Source: Phaeosaccion multiseriatum
Lineage: Eukaryota; Protista; Ochrophyta, other classes
Assembly: GCA_965112735.1 (NCBI GenBank)
Contig: OZ218956.1
Span: 3,878,976-3,942,975 of the forward strand
Direction of reading: 5' to 3'
DNA: 64,000 nucleotides
The notes beneath the pieces were generated by a model. It had not been told where the DNA came from. It searched no databases and was given only the letters and a program-made list of their open reading frames with translations. The translations under genes and the position numbers were made by a program. Each line of letters starts with the position of its first letter. The first letter of the stretch is position 1. This document shows positions 23,147 through 38,000 of the stretch, piece by piece.

Positions 23147-26100
23147 GCGCGCACAAGTCAAGACGACAGTGGGAGATTCAGGAGGAAGGAGGTAGGGGGC
23201 GCAACGTAGAGAAACACACGCGCAGGGGTCAGGGGTCAGGACGTGTATAGATACATGGGGTCAGGACATGGTCAGGACATAGGGGTCAGAGGGTCCAGGG
23301 GGTCCCAAGGAGAGCAAGCACCCCCCTTACCATGGCCCATGGCCGGCATGCTCCAAACAGTGCTGACTCAATCTTGATATCTGCATCAGTCTCTGCCCCT
23401 TTTCTTTGTATCTGCCTCAATCTCCTATCTCTCCCTCTCCCTCTCCCTCTCTTCCACTCTCTCTCTCTCTCTGCCCTACTCACTCACCATCTTGGCAGCG
23501 TGATGCCTCCCCCTCTGACTGAGCCATCTCCCCCCATCCACGCTCATCTGATCGCCCGAGCTCTTCATTCCGAAGCACGGGTACAATGCCGCACCCAAAG
23601 AGGAAGTGCCCTCACGAGCCATACGCCTGCACGTAGAGGGATGGGACAGAGGGACAGAGCAGATGAGTCAAGAGGGAGAGAGAAGGACAGCAGGCAGTGC
23701 AGGCAGTTGGCTTCAATTCGAGACACAGAAAACAAATCGCTGTACTCTCCCTCCTACGCGAACAAAAAGAAAGACCACCACAACTGGCGAGCACGTCCCC
23801 TACCTGAGGTGGTGATACGCGATGCCGAGCGGCGCCACGACGTGCCTGCCCACGCTAAAGTCCTCCCCGTCCAGGAGGAAGCTCAGCGTACCCCGGTCCA
23901 TGTCCAGCAGCACGCCGACTCGGTCACCCCCCTTGTAGTAGGCACCGTACATGGTTTCGCTGCCGTATGCCTGGCAGGCTCGGTAGTTCAAAAAGCCGTG
24001 GCCGCTCCAGCTGACGAAAGAGAGAAGGTAGAGAGGGGAGGAGAGGGAGAGGAAGATGAAGAAGAAGAAGAATTTAGAGTGCGCGAAGAACAGGGAGAGA
24101 GATAAGTCTAGTCCTGAGACGCCCTAGACAGAAGTAGTCGCGAACGACAACACGATGCTAAGAGAGGCAACACCAGATACACACAAGATACACACCGTTT
24201 ATCCACCCTATACCCTGCCCATAACACATACGCCCTCACACGCTCTCACACGCCCTCACCTGCCCAGGGGGACGGCCCTCCCCTCTCTCGGCTTGGGGCT
24301 GACTCCGATGAACATGCTGCCCCAGTTGCACTGGTCCACGCGCACCTCCCAGTAGTGCACGCCCGACTTGAACCCGCGACTGCCGAGCACCATGGTGCGA
24401 GTCCCCCCGCTGCGACACGTGGCAGTGGCTAAGTCTGCGCTGAGGCGGATGCCGGGCCCTGCGTGCCTGCGGTTCATGAGGAAGAAGCACGAGGAGCAGG
24501 CCTCGAAGGTGCCCTTGACCGTCACCTCCACAGCAGCGGCCTCCTCCTGCGCCTCCTGCGCCTCCTGCCGTCGCTCCATCTGCTGCCGCTTGCTCCTCCT
24601 GCTCCTCACCGCCGCCCTCCTCAAGGCCTCTGCCTGTCTGCTGCCATCCTCCTCTTCGGCGGGGCTCACGACCCTCCTCACGATGTGGTCCTTCTCCGAG
24701 ATCCACCCCACGCAGTCCTCGGGCGCCGCAACCCTCAGCCGCATGGTGCCATCCTCCAGTCTCAGTCGCTCGCTCACAGACACGACGGTCCCGTTCGGAG
24801 CACCACCTCGCTCGGCCCCATCCAGCTCCGCGGTCTCACGCACCATGGCCCCTCCCGGGCACACGATCCTGTACTGGAGCGGCCTCTGCGGGCAGGGCAC
24901 GTGCCTGAGCACCTCCACCACTTCCTCCTCCGCGCCGCCCCTGAGCCGTTGACTGATCCAGCCCAGGGGGGTGAGCAGCCGTGGAATGCCATCCGGAGTG
25001 AGCACGCGGGCCGTGGCGATGGTCTCTGTGCCCTTCGCCATATTGCCCACCACCTGTCACGACAAGTCAGTAAAATATCAGTCCGGGGCATTAGTCACAA
25101 GTTCGTGATATCAAAAGATCAGATAAGACAAGTTTTACCTCGGAGGCGTCTATGTCCACGCCGTCGCGGATGGTGGCGCCCTTGGAGAAGAGCACTCGGA
25201 AGGTCCAGTAAGGGGGGGTGGGCGAGGCGGAAGTAGAAGTAGAGGAAGGCTCCGCTGCAGCGCTGCCGGCGTCCTGCTCCTCGCCCTTCTTGACATCTTT
25301 CACCTCCTTGCCCTCCTTGCCCTCCTTGCCCTCCTCCTCCTCCTCTTTCCCGTCGCCGAGCCCCGTCTTGGACTCCGCCACGTCATCGCCGCCGCCCTGC
25401 TGCTGCTCCTCCTCCTTTCGCTGCTGCTGTATCACCAACTGCTCCTGTTTTGCCGCGAGGCGCCTGTACTTCTTCCTGCGGCTCCTCAGGCGGGCCGAGA
25501 CATTCCCCCCCGTCAGGGGGCCACCTCCGCTGCCATCCTTCAAAGAAGCGGGGACATCACCCCCCTTCCTTGCGCCCTTGACGCCCTCTCCCTCCGCCTT
25601 GGGACTCGCACCACTCGCACCACTCGCACCAATGGATGCAGCGCCACTCTCTTGGCCCTCGACCTCTCCCTCCTCCCCCTTCGCCGGTGCGTCGGCAGCG
25701 GGGCTCACCCCGCCCTTAGCCTTGGCCTTGGCGTCTTTGCTCCGCCCTGCCCGCCCTGCCACCGCTGCCGCCTGCTTCTTTCGCCACTCCGTAAGGAGCG
25801 GCTCTGCCTCCTCGGGCGTGGCCTGCCTTGTCTTGTTGCCCTTGCTGAACATCCACACTTCCGCAGCGAGCTCCACCTCGTCGTCCTCCACCTCCCCTCC
25901 CTTCCTGCCGCTGTCCGCCTCCCCCTCTCCGCCCCCCTTTCTCCTCCCCGCGTCGTCTCCCCCCAGTCCGCAGATGCGCCTCCCCTGCTGGCCGCCCTTG
26001 CCGCTCCTATCCCCCCTGTCGCGGTCCTTCTTCTTCCTCTGCGGTATGAGGCGGTGGCCCTCCTTGGCCCCTTGCCCCCCCCGCCCTCCTCCCTCCTCCT

Positions 26101-29100
26101 CCTCCTCCTTGCCACTGCCGCTGTCTTTGGCCGTCTTGTTGGTCTCGTTGTGTACCAAGTCTACCCACAGATGCAATCCCTCCTGCAAGTCGTCCTCCCA
26201 GCGGCCTCTGAAGTACCCGAAAGGCTTGCTGAACTTGAGTGTGCCCTCCCCCCTCCTCCTCCCCTCTGTCCACTCTCCCTCGAAGCTGATGCGCTTCTGT
26301 GGGTCGTCTTTGCGGTACCTGCGTGTGCCTCTCCCCTCCTTGAGCCCGAGCAGCAGCACAGAGTCCCCGAGAGACGTTAGAAGCGTACAGGGGCGAATGC
26401 CCGCACCCCCTCCATCCCCTCGACCCGCCCCCATGCCCTCCACGCTGAGCGGCTTGCCAATCTCGACGTTGTTGCGCAGGAACTGCACAGTCTTGACGCT
26501 TGCGTCCATGTCGAGTTCCACGCCCACCACATCTCCATCGCCGAAGCCCCCCCCCCCCGTGGGAGAGGAGGAGGGAATGCCCTTGCTGTGCTCGTCGTGA
26601 CCGAGCTGCAGGGAGGGAGGCGCCTTGGTGGTGGACATGGCGCTGCCCATATTGCTGCTGCTGCCGGTGCTGATGCTCCGCTCCACCAAGAGCTGCGGAG
26701 GCCGTCCACCTGCCTCTCCTTCCCCACCCCCCTCTCCCGAACCCCCCGAGGAAGCAGACCCTGGGGGCACAAGCCCGGCGGGTGCTTGCACTTCAGGCTT
26801 GCCCTCGGCTCTGTCGCTGAGCACCTCGTCGCACACGCCCACGCTCGTCCCTCCGCCGCAGCTCAGCACCCGCCACTCCCACAGCCACTTGCCACTCGTG
26901 TATCCGAATGGCTGCTTCGTGACGCCTCCTGCCTTCTCCCCCCCCTTCTCCTCTCCCTCCCCCTCGCCCCCTCCCTTCTCCTCCTCCTCCTCTTCCTCCT
27001 CTGGGCTCTGCATGCTCTGCTGCAGGACCTCGACAGTGACGAGAGCTGGACCCTCTCCACCACTCGCCCCCGCCTCAGAGCCGGAGCCACTGCACCCACC
27101 AAAGCCACAGCCCACGCTGTCCGCCGACAAGCTCACGAAGCGGCAGTTGGGGCCGTTGAGGCGCACGGGAGACACGAAACCGCTCAGCCCCAGGGGGGAG
27201 GGGCAGGCGGTTTCCAGCACGCCGTCTTGCTGCAACTGCTGGAGTTCATGCAGTTGCTGCAACTGCTGAATCTGCTGCAGCTGGAGCAGCTCCTGCACCT
27301 TGGCTCGCAGCTCGTTCCGCTTCTCCCTCTCCTCCAACCTCATGCTCCTCTCCTCTCTCCCACCCCCGCCGCTGACCTCCGTCTCCCCCAGCCCACCGGT
27401 AGAGCTGCTGCTGGTGTAGCACCAACTGCTGGAGATATCCGCGGCCACGCACCGCCGCGTCAGCCGGACCACGTCAATGCGCATTTGATTGGCGCTGCGA
27501 TTCGCGCTGGAGCCCAACTTGTCCATGAGGGGCAGCTTATGCCTCACTTCCCACTCGCCCTTGAGGCTACCGTCCTCTCCCATAGGTCCGAACTCCCCAG
27601 TGAGACGAATGCCCTCCACCCAGCCCAGCGTGCCGGGGCAGCCCTGCACAAGCTGCCCCACCGTGGCTTGGAGTCTCTGCACGTCGGACTCTGTCTGTGA
27701 GGTGAGTGTGGAGGTGAGGCCCTTCCTCGTCACCTCACCGCTGATGAGGGCGATGGCGGCCTCCTCCGGCCACTCAATGCACCCCTCCACGGCGTTCCCT
27801 AACCCCGTCCGACGGTACCTGAGGGTGAAGGCCTGCGTGCTGCTCCTCACCCAGAAGCCCTGCCCCCCCTGCACAGGGTCGCGGTGAAAGCGGCCGGTGA
27901 GCTCCACCACCTCCTGCTCCTCCTCCTCCTCCTGCCCCTCCCGCTCCGCCTGCTTGGCCTGCCGCTCCTGCTCCTTCTGATCCTTCTGCATCCGTCCCAC
28001 CCCGGACGTGTGAGCCCCCGGCTCGAAGCCCACCGCCGTGAGCAGCTCCCATCTCGCCACGTTCTTGAGCAGAGGCACGGGCGAGTCGACAGCGTCCATG
28101 TCGGCCCACTCGCAGCCCTTGGCGGCGCAGGTGGGGTGTGCGAGGGTCCAGTCCTCGACTGCCCGATTGTCGAGCGTCCACAGCCCTACGAGGCCGGTCA
28201 CGCCCCCCACGGCGAGGAGAGCGTCCCTGCGCAGCTCCGGCCCGGTCTTGGCCTGGCGCCAGTAGCGCACCTGAGGAGAGAGGCATAAAGGAACAAAGAC
28301 ATGTTGTAGAGGCCGTTAGAAGCGGCGCGGGGAAGGCCAGATAGAGAGACAGTGGTGCAAGAGAAGACAAGGGGCAGGCAGCAATACAGGCCTTGTGAGT
28401 ATGAAAGGCGGCTAGTACGCCGCTTCCCTTCCCTCCCGCCCGCTGCCACCCCCTCACTCACTCACTAACTCACTCCCTCCCTCCCTCCCTCCCTCCTCCC
28501 CTCCCTCCCTCTCGCCCTCACCTGCGCCAGACTGCCGGTGAAGCTGCCCGGGATGGGCACTTGCGCAGCGGTGATGTTGCCTTCCGACAGCCCCAACCCG
28601 CTCTCCGCAGCCGCCACCGACAGAGCCCTCGAGGGGTCGAGGCCGAAGCTGCCGAGGGGCAGACACACATGAGCGGGCACGCTGCCCACCTCCACCCCGT
28701 CGGCGAAGAGCGTGACCTTGTACTCCGGGGTACGCGTGGCCACAAAGGCGAGGTGCACCCAGCGGTCGGTGGGGCACACGTAGTCGAAGGCGCGGTCCTT
28801 CTCCCCGGGCATGCCCACAGACACGCATAGCGCCTCGGGATGCACGAGGCCGTTGTCGTTGTCCTTGTCCTTGTCCTCATCGCCTTCAAAGCTCGCTCCG
28901 CTGAAGAGTCTCCCCCCTGCTCTGAGCTTGATGTGCCCAGAGGGGGAGCTCGCCAGGTACTCAGCAGGGACGCTATCACCTCCAAACTCCACAGACTGCT
29001 TCACCAGAGGGACAGTCACTGTCCTCGCCCTCTCCGCCTCTCCCTCCCTCCAGGCCCTCCCCCCTCCTCCGCTGCTCTTGCCGCCCCTCCTTGCTCCCCC

Positions 29101-32100
29101 CCTTGACCCCCCGGGTCCTGACACCGCCTCCACGGACGATCTGCGGCCGATGCCTCCGCTGCGCACCCTCATGCTGTTGCCGCCTCCGCCCCCTCGGACC
29201 GTTCTTTGGACAATACCTCCTCGGGCCGTGCCAGGTCGGCTGTCCCCCCGGGGGAAGGGGGAGGCCGCTGCTCTCGCCGACGCCGCGGTTGCCCTGAGGA
29301 TGAGGCCGAGTCCTGACACCGAGTTGTCTTGGGGTCTGGAGCCCAAGCTTGGGGCGCACAGAGGAGGCTCTCCCTCGAGGTGGTGCTCCTCCTCCGGCAC
29401 GTGCGGTATCAGTTCGAGGTCGAGATCCAAGTCCTCCTCGACCATATCCATGTCGATATCTCGGACCCCCTCCTCCGCCTCCAGCTGCTGCTGCTGCTGC
29501 ACCAGCTGCTGTACCTGCCTCCTCTGCGCCACCGCCAGTGCCTGCCGCTGCATGCGGATGGCCTCCATAGCTCTCCTGGCCTCCTCCTCTTCCTCTTCGT
29601 CCTCTCCCCCGCCCATCATGTGTCCCATGCTGGCCATGTGTTTGTCCATAGAGTCGAACACTGAGCCAGCCATGGCCAGGCCCTCCTCGTCCTCAAGGTC
29701 CAGGCCGGCCATGGCCATATGCTCCTCGAGCCGCTGCTGCTCCACCTCCAACTGCTGCTGCTGCATCGCCAACTGCTGCTGCTGCACCACCAACTGCTCC
29801 TCCTGCTGCATGGCCGCTTCTTGTACCGCTTCTTGCGCGGCAATGGCCTGCTCAAGCCGCCGTTCCGCAGCCGTCCTCGACACCGGCGCTGCCGCAGCCT
29901 CAGCAGCTTCAGTTGGTGGTACAGCAGCAGACTCTGCAGCAGCGCCAGCCTCGGCCCCTTCCCTCAGTCTTGGAGAAGGCCTCTTGGCCGGCTTGATCCA
30001 GAACTCCGCCGTCCAGGGGGCCTCCAGGTCTGCGCTCTTCCTGCCCGAGGAGGCGGAGAGGAGCGACACCGCCGCCTGCGGGGAGGGGAACACGAGCACA
30101 GAGCGTCGACTGCCATCCTCCTCTCTGTCCGTATGACTGCTCTGCTCCTTCGCGGCCGTGCTGCTCTCCTCCTCCTCCTCCTCCTCCTCCTCCTCGCCAT
30201 CCTGCCCCTCCCCCTGGAGCTGCTGTACAACCCCCTCCGCGAACTCGGCCGTGGCCACTAGGTCCAGCACGGCCTGCAAGGGCCGAGACAGCAAAGGAGA
30301 GTCTTCGCTCTCCGAGTACATGCGCCGCCCCGCCAAGGCCCGAAGAGGCGCCACGGGCAGAGAGGAGAGCGCCGCCCGCAGAGAGCGCAGCCCCTCCGTA
30401 TCACCAACTGCTGCAGTGTAGGGAGGCGACGTGCGCTCGACGAGGTGGCTGAGCATTCGGCTGAGCTGCGCACACACCTTCTGCTTGAGGCTCAGAGAGG
30501 CCGACTTGAGCCCCACCGCCCACATGCCAAACACGCGCAGCACCGTGTCGCTGCTACTGCTGCTGCTGCTACTGCTGCTGCTGCTGCTGCTGCTGCCCAT
30601 ATGACTGCTTCTTCCCTCCCTTCTCCAAGCAGCCTCCAGCACTATGCCTGTGGCCCAGGCGCAGAAGGAGGGGCGGGGGTGGCGCAGACAGTGTGCGTCG
30701 CTGTCGTCCCCACCTTGAGGCGAATCTGCCCAGCTAAAGTCCATGTAGGTGCGTCCTGCAGCCAGCCGGACCTGTTTGGAAGAGAGGTGGGGGGGAGGCG
30801 CAAAAAGGGACAGACAAATGCCACAAGATCACAAGGGTCAGGGGAGGAGGCCAAGCTTCCTTTCGTTGAAGAGGAAGGGGTATGGGAGGAGGGTGCATGC
30901 ATGCCAGCGAAAGAGTACAAAAACAAGCCCTACTCCCTCCAAGCTCGCCAAACCTCACTAACCTGTTGGGAGACGCTCCGCAGCAGCGCACCCTCCAGGT
31001 GCCTCCAAAAGGGGACGGGTCTCTCCCCGGGGGGGCTTCGTCCGTCCCCGCCCCCTCCTCCATCGGAGCTGAGCAGCGCCAGGAGGAGTGGCCCCAGGAC
31101 GGCGTGGAGGGTGCGGAAGGCCGAGGAAGGGGGCAGCAGGCTGGGGGCGGTGGGCGCGTTGTCTCCGTTCTCGCCTTGTGGGCCGATCACGGGCCACCAT
31201 GAGGGGTACCAATCGCCTCTGAAGAGCAGCAGCTGCAGCAGCGACACAAGCCGCCCGGCAGTCAGCCCCGCCCTTCGCCGCCGCAGCTTGGGCTTGGGCT
31301 CCTCCGTCAGCGCGCCGCCCTCACCCCCCTCCTCCTCCTCGGTGCTCTCACTCGTCGACGTCTCCTCCTTGGCCGTCTCCCTCGCCCCTTCGCTGAGCAG
31401 AGCCACCATGAGCTGGTCGATGGCTCCGCTGCCTCTGCCACTGCCTCGCCCCCCCTCACTCTCCGCCCCGGCCTGGAGCAGCACGGTGAGGAGCAGGTGC
31501 CTGGCGTGCAGAGTGGTGAGCGTCCTGTAGTTGGCGAGGAGCCGCGCACACACCTCCTCTGCCGACAGGGCTCCTGCCGCCTTCCACCCACCCGCCACAG
31601 ACGAGTGGCCCATGACGCGGCTACGCTTGGCGGCGCTGTGAGTGGGCAACGCGTGGAGGTCGTCTCCATACTCCCTCCTCCCCCTCTGTGCCCCGCTGAG
31701 TGCCCCTGCCGGTCCCGTCTTGGCCACACACAGGCGACTGCTGGTGCTCGGAAGCCTCCAGCCCTGTCTCGTACCGAAGAAGCGGTCCTCACGGCGAAAG
31801 CCCTCCGCGCCGGCCTCTCCCTCCAGACAGTCCTTGACGGCTTCTCGCGCCGCTCGCTCCTCCTCCTCCTCACGCCCGTCCTCCGCTGCGTCGTCGTCGT
31901 CTTCTTGTTCATCCCTCCTCTGGACCAGTCTCCCCTCACCCCCAGCTGCACCTGCGCTCTGCCCCAGCCCCTCACCCTCCAGCGCGGGCCCTAGACACTC
32001 AAGAATGGAGCCTTTGTGCGAGGCCCACCCCGTGACTGGCGCCAAGACCCTGAGCCTCCTTGTGCCGCTGGAGGTGAGCTGCGTGCGGTCGTGCGCGTCG

Positions 32101-33173
32101 GGCGCAACGATAATATCCGTCCCTCTGCGCAGAAGGGTTACTTGCGGCGAGTCCAGCTCCACGCCGCTGCGCACACGCGCCCCGTCCTGGGCCACCACTC
32201 GGTAGCGCACATTGGGCACGGAGGAGGAGGAGGAGGAGGAGGAGGAGGGGTGGGGGGCTGCTGCTCCACCAACTGCTGTACCAACTGCGTTTGCCGCTGC
32301 CCTCCCGCCCCCACTTCCACCGAAGACGTTCCTCCGAACGGGCATGCCCAGCCCCTCAATGGGCCTGCCCATCCTCTGTCCTGACACCCCTTGGCCGTGG
32401 TCGTCGCTGTCCTCCTCGACAAGGTCCACCACAAAAGCCGCCAAGTGCCGGTTTGGCCCTCCGGAGTGGTGGTCCCTCCTCCTCCTCATCCGCGCGTGCA
32501 GCGCCTCGGTCAGTCGCGCCTCGCCCTCCCCGGGGGGGGGCTGTGCCGCCCCGGGGCTCAAGTCTCGGCGCAGTGTCCACCCCAGGGGCTCCCTGCGGTG
32601 CAACCTGCCGCACAGATCACACATGAAGGTGTCCTCCTCCTCGTCGTCCTCGTCCTCGTCGTGATCCTCATCCTCTTCATCTTCATCCTCATCCTCGTCC
32701 TCCTCGTCCTCGTCGTATGTCTGGTCCGAGTCCTCTTCGTCATCCTCCTCATCCTCCTCCTCCGGCAGCCTCACATGGAGCCACTCCCCGTACTGCCCAA
32801 CCGCAATGAGCTCGTCTCCCTCGTGTGCAAGGGCCAACACCTCCGCTGCCTCGCTGGGGTCCGCCCACAGGCTGACTGAGCAATTTCTCCCCCCGCCCCC
32901 ATCCGCTGCCACCCCCCCTGCGACGACTCTGAAGGGCCTGGGCCAAGCGCCGTCTCCCCCTCCCTCGCCCGCTCCTCCATCCCCTCCCCCTCCTCCGCCG
33001 CCCCCACCCCCCCCATCGTCGGAATGCTCGTCCTCATCGTCATCGTCGTCGTCGTGATCATCGTCGCCCCCGCCCCCGGACCGCACGATGGACTCTCTCC
33101 GTGACTCCTTGTCGGCCTCCATCTGCTGAATCACCAACTGCTTCTCGTCCTCCTCCTGTTGCTGTCTCATTAA

Positions 33174-33204
<31 letters not shown>

Positions 33205-34680
33205 CCCTCCCCTCCGAGAGACTCAATGGCGTTATCTGGCGCACCCCCGTCCGTCATGGCCACAGCGAGGCGCATGCTCTGCTCTGCCTGGCGCAGGAAC
33301 TCAATCACATTCTGCTCCCCCTCCGCCTCCTCCTCCTCCTGCTGCTGCATCTGCTCCTGCTGCATGTGCATCTGCTGCATGATCTGCTCCTGCTGCATCT
33401 GCATCTGCTGCTGTATCACCAACTCCTGCCGTCGCTGCTCCTCCTCCTCTTGCCCTCCGTGCTCCTCCCTCTCTGTCTGCTGCCTCTCATCGTGCCCCTC
33501 CTCGTCATCCTCAAACACCATTGCATCCATCACATCTGGCAAGCCCCCCTCGGCCTCACTCCCCGCCAGCGCGTCTCCGTTGGAGAGGATCCAGTTCAGC
33601 GCCGCTTCGATGTCTCCACCCGTCTCGAGCAGCGCCCTTCTACACCAGGACAGGGGGAAGCCCATCTCCGCCATCTGTGAAGCCAGGGGCGATATCGCAG
33701 CCTCGATCTCACTGCGAGTGGCCACCACACGAGCACCCCCCCCCCCCGCGGGCGGAGGGGGACGGGGACCTAAGTACTGCTCTCGCCCCCCCCCTAAGCC
33801 TTCCGACTGAGAGTGGCGAGAATGAGGCGGCACCGGGTGGTGCGGCGAGTGCGGTGAATGGCTGCTGGAGAGGGCTAGCGAGTGCTCCATCTGGGCCTGC
33901 TCCAGATGGGCCGCCTCCTCCATGGCCTGCATCACCAGCTCGCGCTGCTCCCGCACAGCTGCCGAGTCGCGCTCTCTGTCGTCTCTCTCTGCGGCCCTGT
34001 TGTCCACTCTGTCCACCCTCAAGGCAGAGCTCTTGTCCTTCTTGCCCCTCTTGCTCTTTTTCCTCCTATTCCTGTCCTCCTCTCCATCGTCTTTGCTCTC
34101 AGTCCTCTCCGCTGCTGCTGCCTCCATCTTGGACTCACCCCTGCCGCTGAGGTGGTCATCGTCGTCGTCGTCGTCGTCGTCGTCGCCCCCTTCCCCGCCA
34201 CCACCGCTACCGCCTTTGCTGTCCTTCTCCTCTCTCCTCTTCTGCCTCCGCTCCTTCCTCTCCCTGTCCTTCTCCTCCGCCTTCCTCCTGTCCTTCATGT
34301 CCTGCAGCTGAAGGTGCTGCCACTGGAGCACCAACATGCCCGTGTGCTCCTCCAACACAGGCACGTCACCAAGTCCCGTGGATGAAGTGCTCTCCACCCC
34401 CATCTCCAGCAGCACCGCCCCCGGGCCATGACCCACGGCCGCCGATTCCGTAACCGCTGCAATCTCGGCCCCGAATTTGCGAGCCAGCGGCGGGTGCCTG
34501 AGGAGCAGCTGCGCGGCCCGCATGACTTGGCAGCGGAAGGCGAGTGCAAGCAGCTCCAAGGGCAGGGGCTGAGGCCCGGAGTGACGGCGATCCTTGCCCC
34601 CCGTACATGCTGCCGCTGCTGCTGCTGCTGCTGTTGCCGCCGCCGCCCCTTCTCCCTCTGTAACGCCCCCCTGCTGTTGT

Positions 34681-34725
<45 letters not shown>

Positions 34726-35030
34726 TCCTGCTGCTGCCGCCTCTGCTGCTCCGTGGTGATGGCCTGAAAGTTGTCTAGAAAGGCCTCCATGCCCCTGTCC
34801 AGGCACCACAGCTTGAGCACATCAAGCATGCGCCGCACGAGCAGAGCGGGCACCACTCCGGCCACCAGGGGCACCTCCGGGGTGGGCCGCAACACGTCCA
34901 AAGACAGAGTGCGCACAGCTGGCGCAGTCTGTGACACGGCAGGAGCGCCAGTGGCGGCTCCAGCAGCGGCACTGGCAGCCACCGCCGCGCCGCTCCAGGG
35001 GTCCTCCACAGGGACCACTTGCGCCACTCC

Positions 35031-35074
<44 letters not shown>

Positions 35075-38000
35075 TGCTGCTACCCAGGTGAACAGAGAGG
35101 ATGGTGCACGCCTTTCCGCACAGATCGGGGGGCGCCTCTGCGGCCGCGGCTGCCCCTGCTCCTCCGCCCCCACCCCTCCTCCGCCCCCCTCCACCGCCGC
35201 CGCTGCCGTGGTATGAGGGCTTATCGACGCCCCCCTCGGGTACCACAATGGCCCTCCCCCCTGGGTACAGCGCGTCCACGTGCCCTCCGAGCACCGACAC
35301 AGCGGCGAGGCTGCGCAAGAGTGTGTTCTGCTGAAGAGCACTCCCCAGTACACACTCCTCGGCAGCTGCAGCGGAGGGAGGAGGAGAAGCACCCCCGTCA
35401 GGCTGTGCTGGCAGTTGGCCCTGTTGTGGTGCGTCTTGCTCCTCCTCCTCACCACCACCAGCAGCAGCGGCGACAGCAGCAACCCCAGCAGCCCCTGCAG
35501 TCTCCTTGTCTCCAGCGTCAACGCTGCCCTCGTCTCCTGCTGCTGCTGCTGCTACATCACCAACTGCTGTTGTTGTATCACCAACTGCCGCTGCTGCGCT
35601 TACCACGCTCCGCTGCTGCGTGTGCCTGTCCGTATCGTGCTGCTTTGCCAGGCGAATGAGTCCCTCTGCACAGGCGTTGCCCCTCTCGAAGGCGTCGTCT
35701 AGCAGCTGCGCCACCACCCCGCTCCAGCGCTCGTCGTGCAGCAGGGTCCTCAGCAGAGCCACCCCCTCGCACACAAGCGGACTCGTCCACTCAGACAGGG
35801 CGGCGCAGCTCCCAAAGTCGGCAAAGGCGTCGAAGGAGTCAAGCCTCGGGGCCACAGCGAAGGCGTTGGCTATGATGTCAAGGAAGAAGCAGAGCACGCT
35901 GCGGGCCGGGACGAGATCGGCCTCCAGGGAGTCGCTTAGGCTGGGCACGCGCACCATCGGGGGAGCAGGCCCCACACGAGAGGAGGGGAGAGCTCCTTCT
36001 CCCCCTTCTCCCCCTCCTCCCCCTCCTCCCCCTCCTCCCGCTCCTCCGCCTTGCCCCCCTTGCCCTTGCCCTGCCAACCCTTCCCCTCTCTCTGCGTCAG
36101 TAGCAGTACCCCCTGGGCCCCAGCCCTTCTGCTTGACGATGCCCACAATGGTCCAGGAAGGGTCGCTGTCGCTGTCGATCTGCTGACTGAGAGCCCCGGG
36201 TGGGCAGCACGGTAGCAGGGTACGCAGGAGGCGAAAGGCCCTCCGCTGCGCATACGGCGGCCCCACGCGTAGCAGCTTGAGCAGCACGGCCACCCAGGGG
36301 GGCCTCGAGAGCAGGCGGATGCAGGTGGTGGCCCCGCTGACGCACAGTAGCAGCTGCGTGATCTCACTCATGAGCACCTCCCGCTCCCTTCCGCCCCTTC
36401 CGCGCCTCTCGCGTTGCTGCCCCTGTTGCCCCTGCTGCCCCTCGTCGATGTCGGCGAGCAGTTGGCGCAGCTGCAGGTACAGGAGGTGGAACACGCTGTG
36501 GCTCAGTGTGGCGGGGCCCGAGCGTGCCCGCACCAGCGAGGGCGGCTGCAGGCCCAGTCCTGTGCCATCTCTGTCGTCGGCCTCACCGGAGGTGGCCACC
36601 TGCATCGCGAGCAAGTACACCAGCTTCATCGCGGCCTGCGTCAAAGCGTGCGACTCCTCCTGCTGTATCGCCAACTGGTGCTCCTGCAAGTCCCTCGCGG
36701 CACCAGCATCAGCAGTTGGAGATACAGCCGCAGTAGTGACGAAGCTGTTGTCCAGGATCTCCTGCAGCACGTTGAAGATGCGCACTCTGGCGAGCAAGTC
36801 GTGGTCCTCCTCCCTCACTACCACGCCCCACGCGTCCATAGCCACTAGCTGCAAAGGCACATCTCCCTCCTGCGCGGCCCCTGCCAGCAGTTCCGCCAGT
36901 TGCGAGTAGAGCTGTTGGAACGATCCGCGCACGTTCTTCCTCCGCTCCGCGCTGCAGCCCGACAGCGCGTCGAGGTAGTGTCCCCCCGTGAGGATAGAGG
37001 CGGCCTCCGAGAAAAGTGCGTCCACTGCCATCTGCCCCTGCGCCTCCGCCACGGCCATGGACTGTCGATGCACCTGCAGCGCAATGGGGTCGGGGCCCAA
37101 GCAGGCCAGCCTGTGTAGCACACCCCTCAGCGCCGGGGGCAGGTACAGCAGCAGCGCGCAGCGAATGGCTGAGCTGTGGGCACCCCTGAGCATGAGCAGC
37201 ATGGAAAGCATCTGCTTGAAGCCCCTCTCGCGCATAAATGCCCTCTCGTCCACGGCGTCTTGGGCGGCTTGGAGCACCGCAAGCTGTACTGTGGAGAAGC
37301 CCTCCTTGAGGAAAACCATCATCTCCTTCTTCAGACGCACCTCGCCCTCGCCTGCGCGTCGCATGCCGCCAACTAAGCTCGAGCTGCTCCCTCCGCCTCC
37401 TCCCTGTCCCCCCCCTCTGGCTGCTTCTGCTACGACGGCTTCCCATGGTCCTCCGCCTCCTCCTCCTCCGTCTACATCTCCTTCTCCCTCGCCGCCCCCC
37501 TCCAGCGCTGCCCCAAGCTCTCGGAGGATCCGCTGCGTAGGCTGCTCGGCAGAGGCAGGCGCCAGAGCCAGGAGGAAGTCCACACTCTCAAGCACCCTCC
37601 CCGCCGTCTGATCGTACTGCGCGGTGCCCTTGTCGCGCCGCGCCTTGGCCCAGGCACGCAGCCCCCCGCCCGTCTTCCACGCCTCCAGCAGGAAGGCGGG
37701 CGGCGGAGTGGCGGGTGGAGCACCCACAGGAGCAGGAGGAGCAGCCGCAGCCCTATCACCACCCCCACCAGCAGCAGTTGGTGATACAGCAGCCCCGCCA
37801 CTGCTGCTTCCCGCGCTGCTCACCATGCCCGCAACTCGGAGCGTCGCCTGTGCGTACCCACCGTGCCACAAGAGACAGGCGATGGCCCCGCGCACCGCCT
37901 TAGCCACGAGCGGGCCTCCGAGGCGGGCCAAAATGGCGTTCTCGCCCACATGCTTGGTCACCCACTTGGCCAGGCGCATGGCCGGGGATGCAGGGTCGGC

